NCBI GenBank assembly: GCA_951406725.2
Contig: OX597833.1
Coordinates: forward strand, 72,912,001-72,976,000
Source: Octopus vulgaris
Taxonomy: Eukaryota
DNA length: 64,000 nucleotides
Direction: 5' to 3'
Positions within the stretch are counted from its first letter, which is position 1, and each line of letters starts with the position of its first letter. Under the pieces are notes generated by a model. That model had not been told where the DNA came from. It was given only the letters and a program-made list of their open reading frames with translations, and did not search any database. Both the position numbers and the translations under genes were made by a program. Shown piece after piece: positions 26,347 to 38,702 of this stretch.

Positions 26347-27949
26347 CATATATATTTATATATATATATACACACACATGTATATATACATGTATATAGG
26401 TCGAATGGTATAATACATATATAGTCAAGGCAAGAAGCCTGCAAGTGGTCGACCAACCTGTTAGAAACAGCAGCCATCTCTCGTTAATTCACCATACCGT
26501 CTAATGTAAGACACTGGAAAATATATTTCTACATCAATTCTTATAACCTAGAGGAACCGCCACCCATCAGGGGTAAAATATTGAGATTCTACTGGACCAA
26601 TTTATTTTGCTAAATTTAGTTTTCTTCCATTAATATAAAGTTTATTGCAGTTCTTCAATACTTTTCGTTGTAGACAAGATTGTCTGTGTGAAACGGGGAG
26701 GATAAACTGGTAAAGGAGAAGTAGAGCAAAAGAAAAAGACTAAGAGACACTGTTGTAGATATAGGGTAAGTTTTCATTTCGCTGGCACCAACCAAATACA
26801 ATCAGAAGTGTCTTGAGGGTAAACTATAACAGACAGACATGATGTTGCAACTCCAGAAAAGCGACATCAAACTGCATTGGAAATCCTGGAACTGAAACGA
26901 TACACAACATTATCGATCCAATGTGTGTCTGTTAGAATTGTTAATCGGAAGTTAAGTGACTAAAAAGGCCGAGAGAGTTTCATTCATGGCACTCATCAAA
27001 CTCTACGTCTTTCAGTAATGGGGCAATTTCTACCAATTAAATATATATATTACTCATATACCAATTATTTCTGTTCAACCAACACAACGTATATAAACAC
27101 ATGCCTACATATATAACATACACAAACATTATATATATATAAAGGTTTGCAGGGCACCATCATGCCCCAAGAGATACGTTCGTGTCCATAGAACATGATC
27201 AATGCTTTATTTTATTGAACTCTCATTTATTGTCCACAAGAGAATCCATCATAAATATAAATGCCCGCACAATTCATTCTGTTCAGACAAGATATAGTTT
27301 CTTCTCTCGCACTCCATTCTCATAAAAGCTTTCTTATACAAGGAACGAAAGATCCGTTCTTCTTGGCCAACAATCTATTTTATCAATATATAAAGAAAGG
27401 TTAAATTGATAAAAAAAATAAAAGATTTTTTAAATCCTGGACTGATTTGTCTGATGCTCCACCGATTCTAACAAGACATCGTTATTTGTAATAATTATTT
27501 ACACAATCAAACCTCGTTAATACTCAATGAGATAACTAACATAACTTATTAAAATAATTACATTTTCCTAGTTTTACATAATTAACAGCAAATGATGAAC
27601 CGGGAGAGTCGGTAGAGCATCGAAGAGAATCACTGCCTTGTGACAGGTGTTAGGGGTTTCTAAGCAGAGTTCAAACCACACCAAGACCAACTATTATGTT
27701 TCTGGGAAATTTCTCTGCCTTCCTCGGGGATCTTAAAACAGCCTCGAGAATTGTCTCTTCCATCATTTGGTAAAAGTTTACCCACACACACACATGATAG
27801 GTGACGTACACCTTACCTGAAATGATAGGTGACCTCGATAAAAATAGGCGTCTTTCGGGAGAAGTACTTTACAATGTTCGAAAAATAGTTAATTGAATGG
27901 CTAAAGCGATAAAAGCAGTAAATCGGTATTGCAGATATTTAACGAGGCG

Positions 27950-28355
27950 GCGGAGGGGCTGCGTGGTAAGAAGTTTGCCTCCCAACCACATAGTTCAGGG
28001 TTCAGTCCCACTGTGGGACACCTACTATAGCCTCGGACTGACCAAAGCTTTGTGAGTGGATTTGGTAGACGGAAACTGAAAGAAGCCCATCGTATATATA
28101 TATATGTATGTGTGTGTGTGTGTGGTCCCACCATTGCGTGATAACCAATGGTGTTTACGTCCCTGTAACTTAGCGGTTCGACAAAAGAAACTGATAGAAT
28201 AAGTATTACAAAGAATGGTTAATATATAGTTTTGTTTTCGTGACCAGGTCTTAAACTATATACTAACCCAAAGAGTAAGTTGTGGGTCGATTTGTTCGAC
28301 TAAAGGTGGTGCTCCAGCATGGCAGCAGTCAAATGACTGAAACAAGTAAAAGAGT
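27950..28355 (+). mobile_element. tRNA-derived SINE (family A), near full length
   Basis: GGCTGCGTGGTAAGAAG..GGGTTCAGTCCCACTG head, GTGAGTGGATTTGGTAGACGGAAACTGAAAGAAGCCC, (TA/TG)n, tail AAGGTGGTGCTCCAGCATGGCAGCAGTCAAATGACTGAAACAAGTAAAAGAG. Confidence 0.9.
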
Positions 28356-28900
28356 ATCTTTCCAAGATAAATTTATTGCTATGTAAAAAGGATCTCGCAA
28401 TTATTCCAGCCAAGATCAGGTGCAGAGACGAAACCACGAAGACCATTAAGCAACTTTTCGCCAATTACCGAAGGATTCATTCGCAAAATATATTTAACAG
28501 GGAAGAAGTAATGTTGAATGGAAGATATATCGCAAATACACTGCTGAGCCTTTGTTGTCCATTTTACGTACTTATTTCGAAAGATCAGCCTGCAATGCCT
28601 TTCGTTCACACGAAATGCAGATTTGTACCTCCCCTTGAGAAATACATTTTTCTGAAGTCTGTTATTAAATTGATGCTAAATGACAGACGGACAGAAGAAT
28701 TCCAAGATCCATTCGATCAGGAATAACCAGGGCAAGGAGAAGGGATAAATGGAGAGGGGGCGACTGACAATGCTTTGACTGATCGAACAAGGGAGAACCA
28801 TCGAAATATAGGATTCAGAGTCCCTTTATAATCTAAATACGAATTCGTAAGTTAATTACATACATATCTTTTTTTTTTAATTTGCTAAGGACGGAGCACA

Positions 28901-28958
<58 letters not shown>

Positions 28959-31184
28959 AGACACGCACATGTATACAACTTCCAAGCCAGCGTCAGAAAT
29001 ATATATATATGATTTGAAAACCCCACTAGAATGGGAGAAAGCGCTAATGATCTGAATGATATGATATATATATGTAAAAAATGTAATATATAAATAAATA
29101 TCTGCAAATATGAACCATCCGATCTTCTGATTACCTCAATTCTTCTAATATATATATATATATACACACACATATGAGCGTGTATGTATTTTGTTTTGTT
29201 ACATACAGACATAAAACAAGGGCGGTAAAGTTTTATAATTTAAAACTTTTACTTTTTATACACAGACAGGCTTTCCTTGCTTGAGTTTTGTTGGTTGTAT
29301 TAATATTTAATGCATCCATATGTTAAAAAAAAGTACTACCCCCCCCCCTCTACAAGCACTTCGGATAAACAAAGGACCTCCACACATCAGATCTAAAGAG
29401 TTTTCTATATAAACACTTACTCACAGATACTCGCATACATACATACTCAGTCATTCCGGTTAAGTTTAGTTATTTCAGGCTGTCCTGGTTGTTCGGTGCT
29501 GAAATCATTTCAACTTTATTCCGATTCTCTGACGTTTCTTTCTTTCTCTCAGCAAATTGAACAAAAGAAATTGTAAACAAAGAACGGAGTTGACAAAACA
29601 AATAAACAAGGCAGAAAACATGCACAACCGTCGTTTAAATAATGTTGAGAGAAACAATAAGGGAGCGAAATAATGTTTATGTTATTATTTTTAAGAAGGA
29701 AATAAAATTGGAGATCATTTCTTTGTTGTTGTCACAAAGGAGAGGAATTGAGGTGCAAGAGGGGGGGGGGCATTACTAATGAAAAGAAGAATTATTGGGG
29801 GGGGGGTGTATGGAATGGAACAGTATATTGAATGTTGAGGGGTCAGGAAAAGATGAAGAGAAAATGAGGGAAGACCAAGAACAAAAAATTTTAATAATTC
29901 AAATTTTATGAAAAGAATACAATTCGATGAGATATGTATAGGCCCCCACCCCTCCCCCAACAGAGAATAATTACTAATTTGATTTCGTTCTACTACAGCA
30001 ATAATAATTATTATTATTATCCCTAAAACTGCTTCATTGCCAAATAACGATTTCCAAAATAATTATCTGTGCGTGGTACGTTATAATCAAAGATCGCCCC
30101 ACGAGGGAGAAGGATGAATGGGAAAATGAATGGGAAATGTAAGAAGTGGTTGGGTTTAGTGATTATGGAATGACAGGGAATATTATAAGATTTGATAAAC
30201 GATGTTGGAAGAACTTACCGGGTTAAATGTAACAGGAGAGCGAAGAAAATAAGTTTGAAGTAAGCGACAAGTTTATAAAAACAGCGAATGACGACGAGGA
30301 GAGACGAGAAAGAAATCAGAGAAGGAAAAGATAATGAACGGGTTTAAGTAAGGAAAGAAAGAAAAGTTTGGCTGAAGAGAGAGAGAGAGAGAGAGACAGA
30401 GTGAAGGATGATGAGGGAGGGAGGCGGGAGAAGGAGAAAGAAAAGGAGTAAGAGGAAATAGAGAAGGAGAAGGGAGAGAGAGAGAGAGGAAAAAGGAGAA
30501 GAAAGGATGATGGAGCAGGTAGGGAGAGGGAGAAGGAGTAAGGGTAAGTAGACAAAAAGAGGAAATGGAGGAGAATGAGGAGGAGGGAGAGAGGTCGAGG
30601 AAAAGGGAGAAACATTGAGCGAAGGAGTGGGGAGGAGAAGAAAGTTAAAGAACCGCTAAAAAGTTGTGTTGGCCACGTGGTCCGAGGTTGACAAATAGAC
30701 GTCGACTTACCTTATTTGGGTTGAAGCTGAGGGAGGTCACATGGCTGCGTGACGTCACTTTAAATGGAGATTTTACCAAACAAAGTAAAATGAATCAAAA
30801 CCTGAAAGTTGAAGCGATTTCTTTTATTTTCGCCATTCAAGTTTATTTCTTTTTATGAAAAAGCAGAAGAAGAAGAAGAAGAAGAAGGAAGAGCAACACA
30901 ATTTCAGTTTCTAGATTAATCGACAAAAAGAAAGAGAGAGAGAGAGAGAGGTGTACCTATATAAGCCTGACTGAACAATGAGTTACAATGGCAGATTATG
31001 ACAGTCATTTCACTGACTTCAAAGCGATGAGTTGCCAGTATTTTAGCGGACAAAATGCACAACTTTATTTTCGACTCGTAACTAAACATTCTGAGTTCAA
31101 ATAGCGCTGAGGTCAACTAATCGATTAATCCTTCCCCACTACAATTGCGGGCCTTGTGCCAAAATTTGAAACATTTCTAAGCAT

Positions 31185-31465
31185 TGGAGGCATGGCTGTG
31201 TGACTTTGGGTTCAGTTCCTCTGCGCGGCACACTGGCACGATGACCTTGGGCTGCCCAATCCGTGTGTTTTGTCCCCCTTCCTCCATCGCTTCACAATCA
31301 GTTTTGGTTTGTTTCTTTCCACATAACTTAGCGGTTCGATAAAAGTGCCCGATGGGATAAGTAACAGACTTATGAAATAAGTGTTGGGGTCGAGTTGCTT
31401 GATTAAAACCATTCATGGCGGTGCCCCAGCATGGCCGTAGTCCAATGACTGAAATAAGCAAAAGA
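31185..31465 (+). mobile_element. Family A SINE with internal deletion, preceded by a family B fragment (31075-31175)
   Basis: GGGTTCAGTTCC.CTGCGCGGCAC head; TAACTTAGCGGTTCG...GGCGGTGCCCCAGCATGGCCGTAGTCCAATGACTGAAA tail. Confidence 0.8.
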
Positions 31466-31746
31466 TTATGATAAAAGATTATTTCTGAGATTGGGTCACG
31501 GCCATGCCGGAGCATCACCTCCGATTACATACCAACTTTCGAGAATTCTTAACTGTTGCAATTATCTCCCCTTCTTATGTAGACCGAGCCTTAATTGTCA
31601 TTTGGTCGTTATGACACATCCTGTAGAGACGAGGATAATTTTTATAAATTAAAAATTTATGTTGTATGGTATTTGATAGATCTCTATTTGTCGTACGTTG
31701 TTCGGATACATGCCATTCGCTACTTTACCCTATCTTTCTTAACTGA

Positions 31747-31950
31747 TTTTTGTTTAAATTATGCAAAATAATTAGGCAAAAATGTGTTCTACTCTTGTTT
31801 GTAAATATAAGTCCTTTGTCTACTGGAGTTTAAGGTCGGGCAATTGCTGTGCTGACGATGGCTATTGAGCCAGAAACGCGCTTCTGGCTGTCTTCTTATC
31901 TCTTAGACAATAAACAAATGCTTTTCCTTAATGATTTATTAATTTGGAGA
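31747..31950 (+). mobile_element. Penelope-like terminal-repeat remnant with decayed hammerhead ribozyme (copy 2)
   Basis: Homologous to 3992-4172. CTGACGA (31852-58), TGGCT-ATTG-AGCCA hairpin, GAAA, CGCG. Confidence 0.6.
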
Positions 31951-32117
31951 ATTCTTGATTCTTGAGATTATCTCCCTTTTTGAAGTGCAGCTGGTCACGA
32001 TTGCCATTTCGTAAACATGATACACCATCCAGAGGTGGAGACGATTTTAATTGAATCAACAATTCATGTTGCATGTTATTTTTATTAAATGGTACATACA
32101 TATGTATGTATTGAATG

Positions 32118-32226
<109 letters not shown>

Positions 32227-32283
32227 TGTATACATACATATATTAGTTGAAGAGTACAGTATCGTATATCTGTTACGGCCCAT

Positions 32284-32363
32284 CTTGCCAATCGGTTTCG
32301 CACTAGGGGCTCAACGGAGTGTTAGGTAACAGTCCGATTATGAAACCCTTCACTCATCAGAAG
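32284..32363 (-). ncRNA. Decayed type I hammerhead ribozyme with long helix II
   Basis: Minus strand: CTT-CTGATGA-[~54-nt imperfect hairpin incl. AGGGTTTCA/TGAGCCCCT, CGGA/TCCG, TGTT/AACA]-GAAA-CCGATTGG-C-AAG. U of the UH site is missing. Lies between two (TA)n tracts. Confidence 0.55.
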
Positions 32364-32408
32364 TAATCGTTATAGAATGAAATATGGCGATTGCTCTCTA
32401 TTGTTGTG

Positions 32409-32478
<70 letters not shown>

Positions 32479-32550
32479 TAAACATAGATATATATACATA
32501 CATACGCATGTACGTATGTATGTACGTATACATATCTATGTGTGCGTATG

Positions 32551-32582
<32 letters not shown>

Positions 32583-32856
32583 AAAGCACATGGCTCAGTG
32601 GTTAGAGCGTCAAGCTTACGATGGCGAGGTTGTGAGTTCGATTCCCGGACCGGGCTTCGTGTTGTGTTCTTCAGGTGCCAGGCTGTATCGGCCCCTTTTG
32701 CCTTTCCCTTGGATAACATCGGTGGCGTGGAGAGGGGAGGCCGGGATGCGTGGGCGACTGTTGGTCTTCCATAAACAACCTTGCCCGGACTTGTGCCTCG
32801 GAAGGTAACTTTCTAGGTGCAATCCCATGGTCATTCATGACCAATGGGGTCTCCCA
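32583..32856 (+). mobile_element. tRNA-derived SINE (family D)
   Basis: Clear A box TGGCTCAGTGG and B box GAGTTCGATTCC but no closed tRNA acceptor stem; ~200-bp non-tRNA body; flanked by microsatellites. Confidence 0.8.
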
Positions 32857-32954
32857 TATATATATATATATATATATATAAATATACGTACGTATGTATG
32901 TATATATGTATGTGTGTAGGTATGTATGTGTGTATGTGTTTATGTACGCATAGA

Positions 32955-33120
32955 CGCAGGTTGGGTGAGTTGTAAGAAGTTTGTATTCCAACCACATGGT
33001 TCCGGGTTCAGTCCCATTGCATCTGATCTTCGGCAAGTGCCTTTACCATGGCTTCGACCCGACCAAAGTCTTTAGAGTGAATTTGGGAGACAGAAACTGA
33101 AAGAATCCTGTCATACGTGT
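32955..33120 (+). mobile_element. Family A SINE 5' half
   Basis: GTAAGAAG..CCAACCACATGGTTCCGGGTTCAGTCCCA..GACCAAAG..GAAACTGAAAGAA followed by (TG)-rich tract. Confidence 0.8.
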
Positions 33121-34259
33121 GAGTGTGTTTGCGTGTATGTGTGTATGTATGTGTTTGTGTGTGTGTGTGAGCGTGCGTTCGTGTATGCGTGCGTGCGTGT
33201 GTGTGTGCGCGCATGCGTGTGTTTTGAATAACGGGTCGCTTATAATTATTTCTACCACCACTCACCACTGGAGCTGAATGTGTGTGGGGGGTGGGCTGCC
33301 GAAAACATCCCTAACCCAGTTCTTTAGTGAAAGGATGAGATGAGGCGATTGTGTTTGAAACCTCGAAACCAGCCTGGTAACTATGACAGTGTTGCCAATT
33401 GCACTGGAAGTTGACAAACAGCCTCTTGACATATTTATTCATTTGCCATCTGATAAGTCAAACAGCGCACGCGCGCACGTACAAGTCATTTACATAATTG
33501 TTTCTAAATCAAGCACATCGTCAGAAATTTTGAGAGGAGGGGCTAATTAATGCTGTCGACACAAGCACTTCGTTTTGTCGATCGCAGAAGAATGAAAGGC
33601 CAAGTTGGTTTGGCGGGATTTCAAGTAATCATCGGTTTCTGAATTGGGTTTTGAGTCAGAAGTCTACAACAGTCCCTTTTATCTCCAGACAATATGTACA
33701 GGGCTTGCATTTTGAGGGAAGGAGTTTAGTCGAGTAATGAAAGACAAAGTTGTTCTTGGTAGGATTTGAACACAGAGCGCACAATGAGTCGGATCGAAAA
33801 CGGTGAGGTAACCTAAACGTAAGCCCCAGGAAATCTACTGACAGTATTTTGTCTATGCTTTTACTACAGGAAACCTTAGGGCTTTTCTCCTCTATTCTGC
33901 TGCCGGTACCCTGCCTTGTGCAATCATCGCTGTTGGCTAGTGGATCAATCCTTCGCCAATCCACTGTTTCCTGAGGTTTTCACTGATGACCTTAGACCGG
34001 GTGGATAGTTGTCTGATGCTTTTTTTTTATCCAACGGACAGCTTGTATTTTGTCCCAGGGCGGTGCATTTTCATATTCACCTGTATCTCTAATTCCTAAG
34101 ACCCGTTTCCCTCTTCGCCATTTGCAAACCCACCGAATACCAGTTCTCTGGTCGTCGCTCGTTGAAATTACACATCACCTCGTCCTTTTCGCTTGCCGAG
34201 GATGAGCATTAAACACAGAGGATTCACTATTTTCTCATAAGGATTCACGCACCTCCATT

Positions 34260-34335
<76 letters not shown>

Positions 34336-35009
34336 TAGATATCGAAAGTAGCAGACGTCCACTTGTTAAATATTTTAAACGAAATCGTAAGAGCCTCAGC
34401 TCATTTGCATATTTGCAACTCAGTTCTGATCCTGTAAGCACGTGGTCAAGAACACCAAGGACATGTGCTGGTTGTTGCCACATGTGTGCTACTTTTCCTA
34501 ATTGTCCATAATTGCTGCTGCCTCTAGGCATGGCACCTGAAGACAGTGAGAGAAAATAGTAAGCAATGCTAACTCTGTGTGAAGAAATACATCCCTCAAT
34601 CAACAGGTGCTGTCCGTTCCATGTTCATTCCTGGTGCTACCTTGAGTGTCTTCAATGGAGTCTATTTTGTTCTAAGCATTCGGGGCCATTCCTCTCCACC
34701 ACCGACCCTTTCCCCTCTCTCCCACCCACCCATCATCCCCCCTTCCTTGGAAGCCTTAATGATGACTTATGAAAACTGCCGTCTTCTCTCCTGACGAAAA
34801 CAAAATATTCAGACTGCATTTAATATGGACGCAAGTTGTTTCTCTACTTTCTAAATAACATTTGAGCATTCATCCGATTCATGAATTTAGACGTTTTTCA
34901 ATTCTTCCCCCCCCGGGTCACCAGCGAACTTTTAACGAGATCATGATAAGAAGAAAAAAAACACATTTGTATTTAGATCAAAACATTTTCTAAATATATC
35001 AGCGACGTG

Positions 35010-35178
35010 GGCGACGCCATGTTTTCAGATGTTGTCATTCGCAATAATTAGCGCAGCGTTGCAGGTTGTGGTTCTCCTTTCTGATTGGTCGTTGCCGTGG
35101 TGACTAGGTCAGTGGGAACCTGTGGGGTTTTGTTTTTCCCTCCCAGAATCGTTGTGAATTCACAACAGGACGGTAAAT
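35010..35178. promoter_or_regulatory. Candidate Pol II promoter / first-exon region
   Basis: CpG-enriched unique patch: YY1/Kozak-like AAAACATGGCG on minus (35015-25), CCAAT box (ATTGG 35084-88), RFX X-box-like GTTGCCGTGGTGAC (35091-104), donor-like ACG|GTAAAT (35172/73). Motif evidence only. Confidence 0.4.
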
Positions 35179-35952
35179 GTCAAGAGTGTGCAATGGTGGT
35201 GGTGGTGATGAGGAGCTGGGGGTGTTTACATGAATCGTGACTTATTTTTTTGAAATAAATATTTAAAACAATATCTTTATCGATATTGGAATATTGGGAG
35301 ACCATTATGTTATCAGCGAGCAGAAACCTGACTGGTGTTGCGCCAATGACCAATACAATTTCATGAAATACATCCTTGACTTCTTTAGTAATTTCCATTA
35401 GAAATAAAATAACACGGGTTCAGACCCAGGCAGATGTATGAAAAGGGGCGGATGCTGGATAGAATAATAGAAGAACATAGAAATAATTATAAACAACTGC
35501 ACAAAATTCATTTCTTTCTGATTAAAAAATCTGCAGTTTTTTTTTTGTTTTTTTTTTGTGGGGGCGTTGTCTTTGCAAACCACGCAAACTATTGTATTTA
35601 TTTGTATATTTTGTGTGTATTTATATATTTCTTATTTCATTTCCCCCCCCCTCCTTTCCCTTTCCTCATTTCATCTCTTTATATAAAACACCACACAAAT
35701 TGTAAACTGTCCTTGTAACGTCTTCCTCACCTGATGTACCTGCGGCGAATAAAAGAAATCACTACCACCACCATCACCACCTCCTCCACCACAACCATCA
35801 TCGTTTAAAAATTATAAAGAAAATTCATACACAATCATGTACTAAAGGGATATATGCACTCATTACATAAGTGCAAGTATGTGCACACATTCACTTCGAT
35901 GTATTTTGTTAGTGACCGGCTTAAATTCTGCATAGAAAAAGCACGTACAGGC

Positions 35953-36493
35953 ATAACTACAGATGTGTACCCCCACCCGACTTTGTTGCCTCATAACTTT
36001 CTGAGAAATGGATACCTTTTAACGAAATTTTCTACAAATACCACGCAGGTGTTGTAGATTCAGAGTATATAGAGATTTATGGGAACGAATTTTCCGAGGA
36101 GGCGGGGGAGAGGAGTTTCAGAAAATTCACTTGACCCGACATTCAAATCAAGAAAGTGCAATAAGGTTTAGCAGAATTAAGACCGCTGATCGTGAGAATC
36201 GAATATTGATCGCTTCGCTAAAACTGACAATTGTAAGTGGAGAGGCTATGGGTTATTTCCCTTGGGTATTTAAATAAAATATATTAGTTATATGTAGTAG
36301 ATATAAGGATCCCTTCCAGGGCCCCTATTATTGATTTTTAACAGTCTAAGTATGTCACGAAGTTTCCAGACATGAGTTCTACTCACGTGTCATGTTTCAT
36401 CAAAATCGATAAAACGGTGTAGGAGGAGTTAGCTAACAACGCCACAAACAAACAAACACACCCACAGACACAATTTCCCAAATATATAGGAGA
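35953..36493 (+). mobile_element. Non-autonomous Helitron/HINE-like element
   Basis: 3' end TTTCATCAAAATCGATAAAACGGTGTAGGAGGAGTT..ACAAACAAACAAACAC..ATATATAGGAGAT resembles Lep1/DINE-like rolling-circle elements. Similar AAATTTCAT..AAAAT...GGAAGTT.TGA blocks occur at 48370-48570. Confidence 0.45.
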
Positions 36494-37074
36494 TAAAAAT
36501 GTTTTAAAAGTTATGCTTTTTTTCAACCCCATCCCCCCCCCCCTGCGATTGCTTCTGTTTATAATTTAAGATATTGGAGAGACTGAGAAGGTCATTGATG
36601 GCATTTATCCACAGAGATTTTTTTAAAGAGTTTTGTAAAAGATAATTCCTTTTAATAGCATACTTTTCTGTTAGAAAATGCTTTTTGTTACACACACACA
36701 CGGCTCGCTTGATTGAGGTGGGGGTGGGGTGAAAATTTAAATTACCATTTTTTGTTGTTGCTTAATTCCCACCAATGGACCACGCGTGAGTTACTTCATC
36801 CCATAAAATCTGTTTAATGGGAGAAAAATATTGATAAAACAATAAATACGTGTGAGAGTGACAACAGCGGGTGGTCTTGGGATGTACTAGAAACAGCAGC
36901 TAAATCTCCCTTGAATCGCACAGCTTTTCCTCTGAAAATATCTACAATTTTATTTTTACCGGAAAGGCTCCTCCCATGAAGGAGAAATTCCAATTCACGT
37001 GACCTTCTTGATGTGAAACTCCTCCCCCCACCCTCTCAGAAAAGTTTTCTCAACAAATTTCTTTATAATCGTAA

Positions 37075-37195
37075 TCTATGGTTCAGGGTTCAGCCCTTCT
37101 GCGTGGCACCATAGGCAAGTCTTCTACTGTAGCCTCGGGCCTGCCAAAGCCTTGTGAGTGGATTTGGTAGACGGAAACTGCAAGAAGCCCGTCAT
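37075..37195 (+). mobile_element. Family A SINE 5' half
   Basis: GGGTTCAG..CTGCGTGGCACC..GCCTTGTGAGTGGATTTGGTAGACGGAAACTGCAAGAAGCCCGTC. Confidence 0.85.
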
Positions 37196-37209
37196 ATATA
37201 AATATAGAT

Positions 37210-37727
37210 ATGTATGTATTCCCATGCATATAGTTGCATATCTAGACATGCTCATATACATTTAAATGATAAACTTCTGGAAAGTTTTACAGATTTTTAC
37301 AGTTCCAGTGATGGATTGGATCAGTAGTCTTTGAATTAGCTTTCTCCTTTCTGGTTTTGAGAAGTCTAATTTCTCAATATTGGTATTTAGGCCGTGTATT
37401 ACATATCCCAGGGCCCCAATAATTACAGGTATAAACCTGAACTTGTAGTCTGAAAAGAGTAACTGCGGATTCCTCAATAGTTCAGCGCTGGTGTTCTCTT
37501 TTTCTCTGATCTTCAGTTTTATATTAACATCTGCTGGGAAGCTGATTTCTACAACTGTGCACATTCTCTCTTCTCTATCCCAAACCATTATATCAGGTCT
37601 GTTGTGCATACATTTTATTGAGGTTTTCACTGGTACATTCGACCAGTATTCCTTTTTGCTATGTGTTGCTACGGCTTCTACCATATTGTGGGTTCTTATT
37701 TCTTTGTCCTCGGGATTATCCTTCCGG
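37210..37727 (-). mobile_element. 5'-truncated RLE-type (R4-clade-like) non-LTR retrotransposon, endonuclease domain
   Basis: Open 140-aa minus ORF ...HNRPDIMVWDREERMCTVVEISFPADVNIKLKIREKEN...FIPVIIGALG...GTVKICKTFQKFII* with PD-(D/E)..K motif. CATA-type repeats at both ends. Confidence 0.88.
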
Positions 37728-38606
37728 TATGTATGTATTTATATGTGTATGTTTCTATATGTGGCTATATGTATGCCTATGTGTGCGTGTATGTGTGTAA
37801 GTTATCTATGTTTAATGCGTAAGATGAAATACTTAATGCTGATAACGAATCACCATTAAACAAAAATCTCACAATCTGTTTCAAGTGGAGACGTTTTGAC
37901 TTCTGAAGCTTTGTGACTTTATCAATTGATAACTCGCACACACACACACACACGCCCCACCCCACCCCACCCACACAACCGTGTACTTATATTTATGAAT
38001 ATATACATGAATATAATAGAGATAGAGACCTCAACTGGACGGCAACCGGTGCTTTGGATCAGTGGGTTACACCCGGTCGTCCAATGACCAGCGAGATATA
38101 AGTCTGTTGATTCGATCAGAGCCGACCTTGAACAACAGCATCAACAAGGATAAGTCTATCTTATCGCCGAAAATTAAAATAGTAATCAACCAACCGACGG
38201 ACCGACCGACAGAGCTGCTCTTGACCGGCGAAACTCAACTTTACAACTTTAGAATTTTATCATAGATAGATTTTTTGTCTTTTTTTTTGTCTTTTTGTTT
38301 CTCAAGCGATTTGTTTGTGTGATTAACAAGAGAAATAGTAACAATTCTAACATACGATTCGAAATCATTCTTAAGAACAACATTAGGCAGACCCCCACCA
38401 CCACCACATCCACCACCACAACCACCACCACAACCACCACCTCCAAAAAAAAAAAAAGTTGACATAAAATCAAATCGCAGACACCTTCCAGCCTCTGGTG
38501 GCCCACGAGCGCTGCTGTCTACCGCTACTCTAATGACTCTGCTCTTTGGAGCTGGCTGCACTCATCTCATCACTACAAATGCTTTCCCGAATCATTACTA
38601 TTTCAG

Positions 38607-38607
38607 T

Positions 38608-38673
<66 letters not shown>

Positions 38674-38702
38674 CACCACCACCACCACCACCACCGCCAC
38701 CA
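38607..38702. repeat. (TAC)n(CAC)n microsatellite
   Basis: Directly visible; truncates the Merlin transposase. Confidence 0.95.

Noticed and set aside
26800-26990. Possible Penelope GIY-YIG fragment (PEKRHQTALEILELK)
   Set aside because: Only one short motif; too decayed to call.
32583-32655. Possible tRNA gene
   Set aside because: A and B boxes present but the acceptor stem does not close and no oligo-T terminator follows; it is a SINE head.
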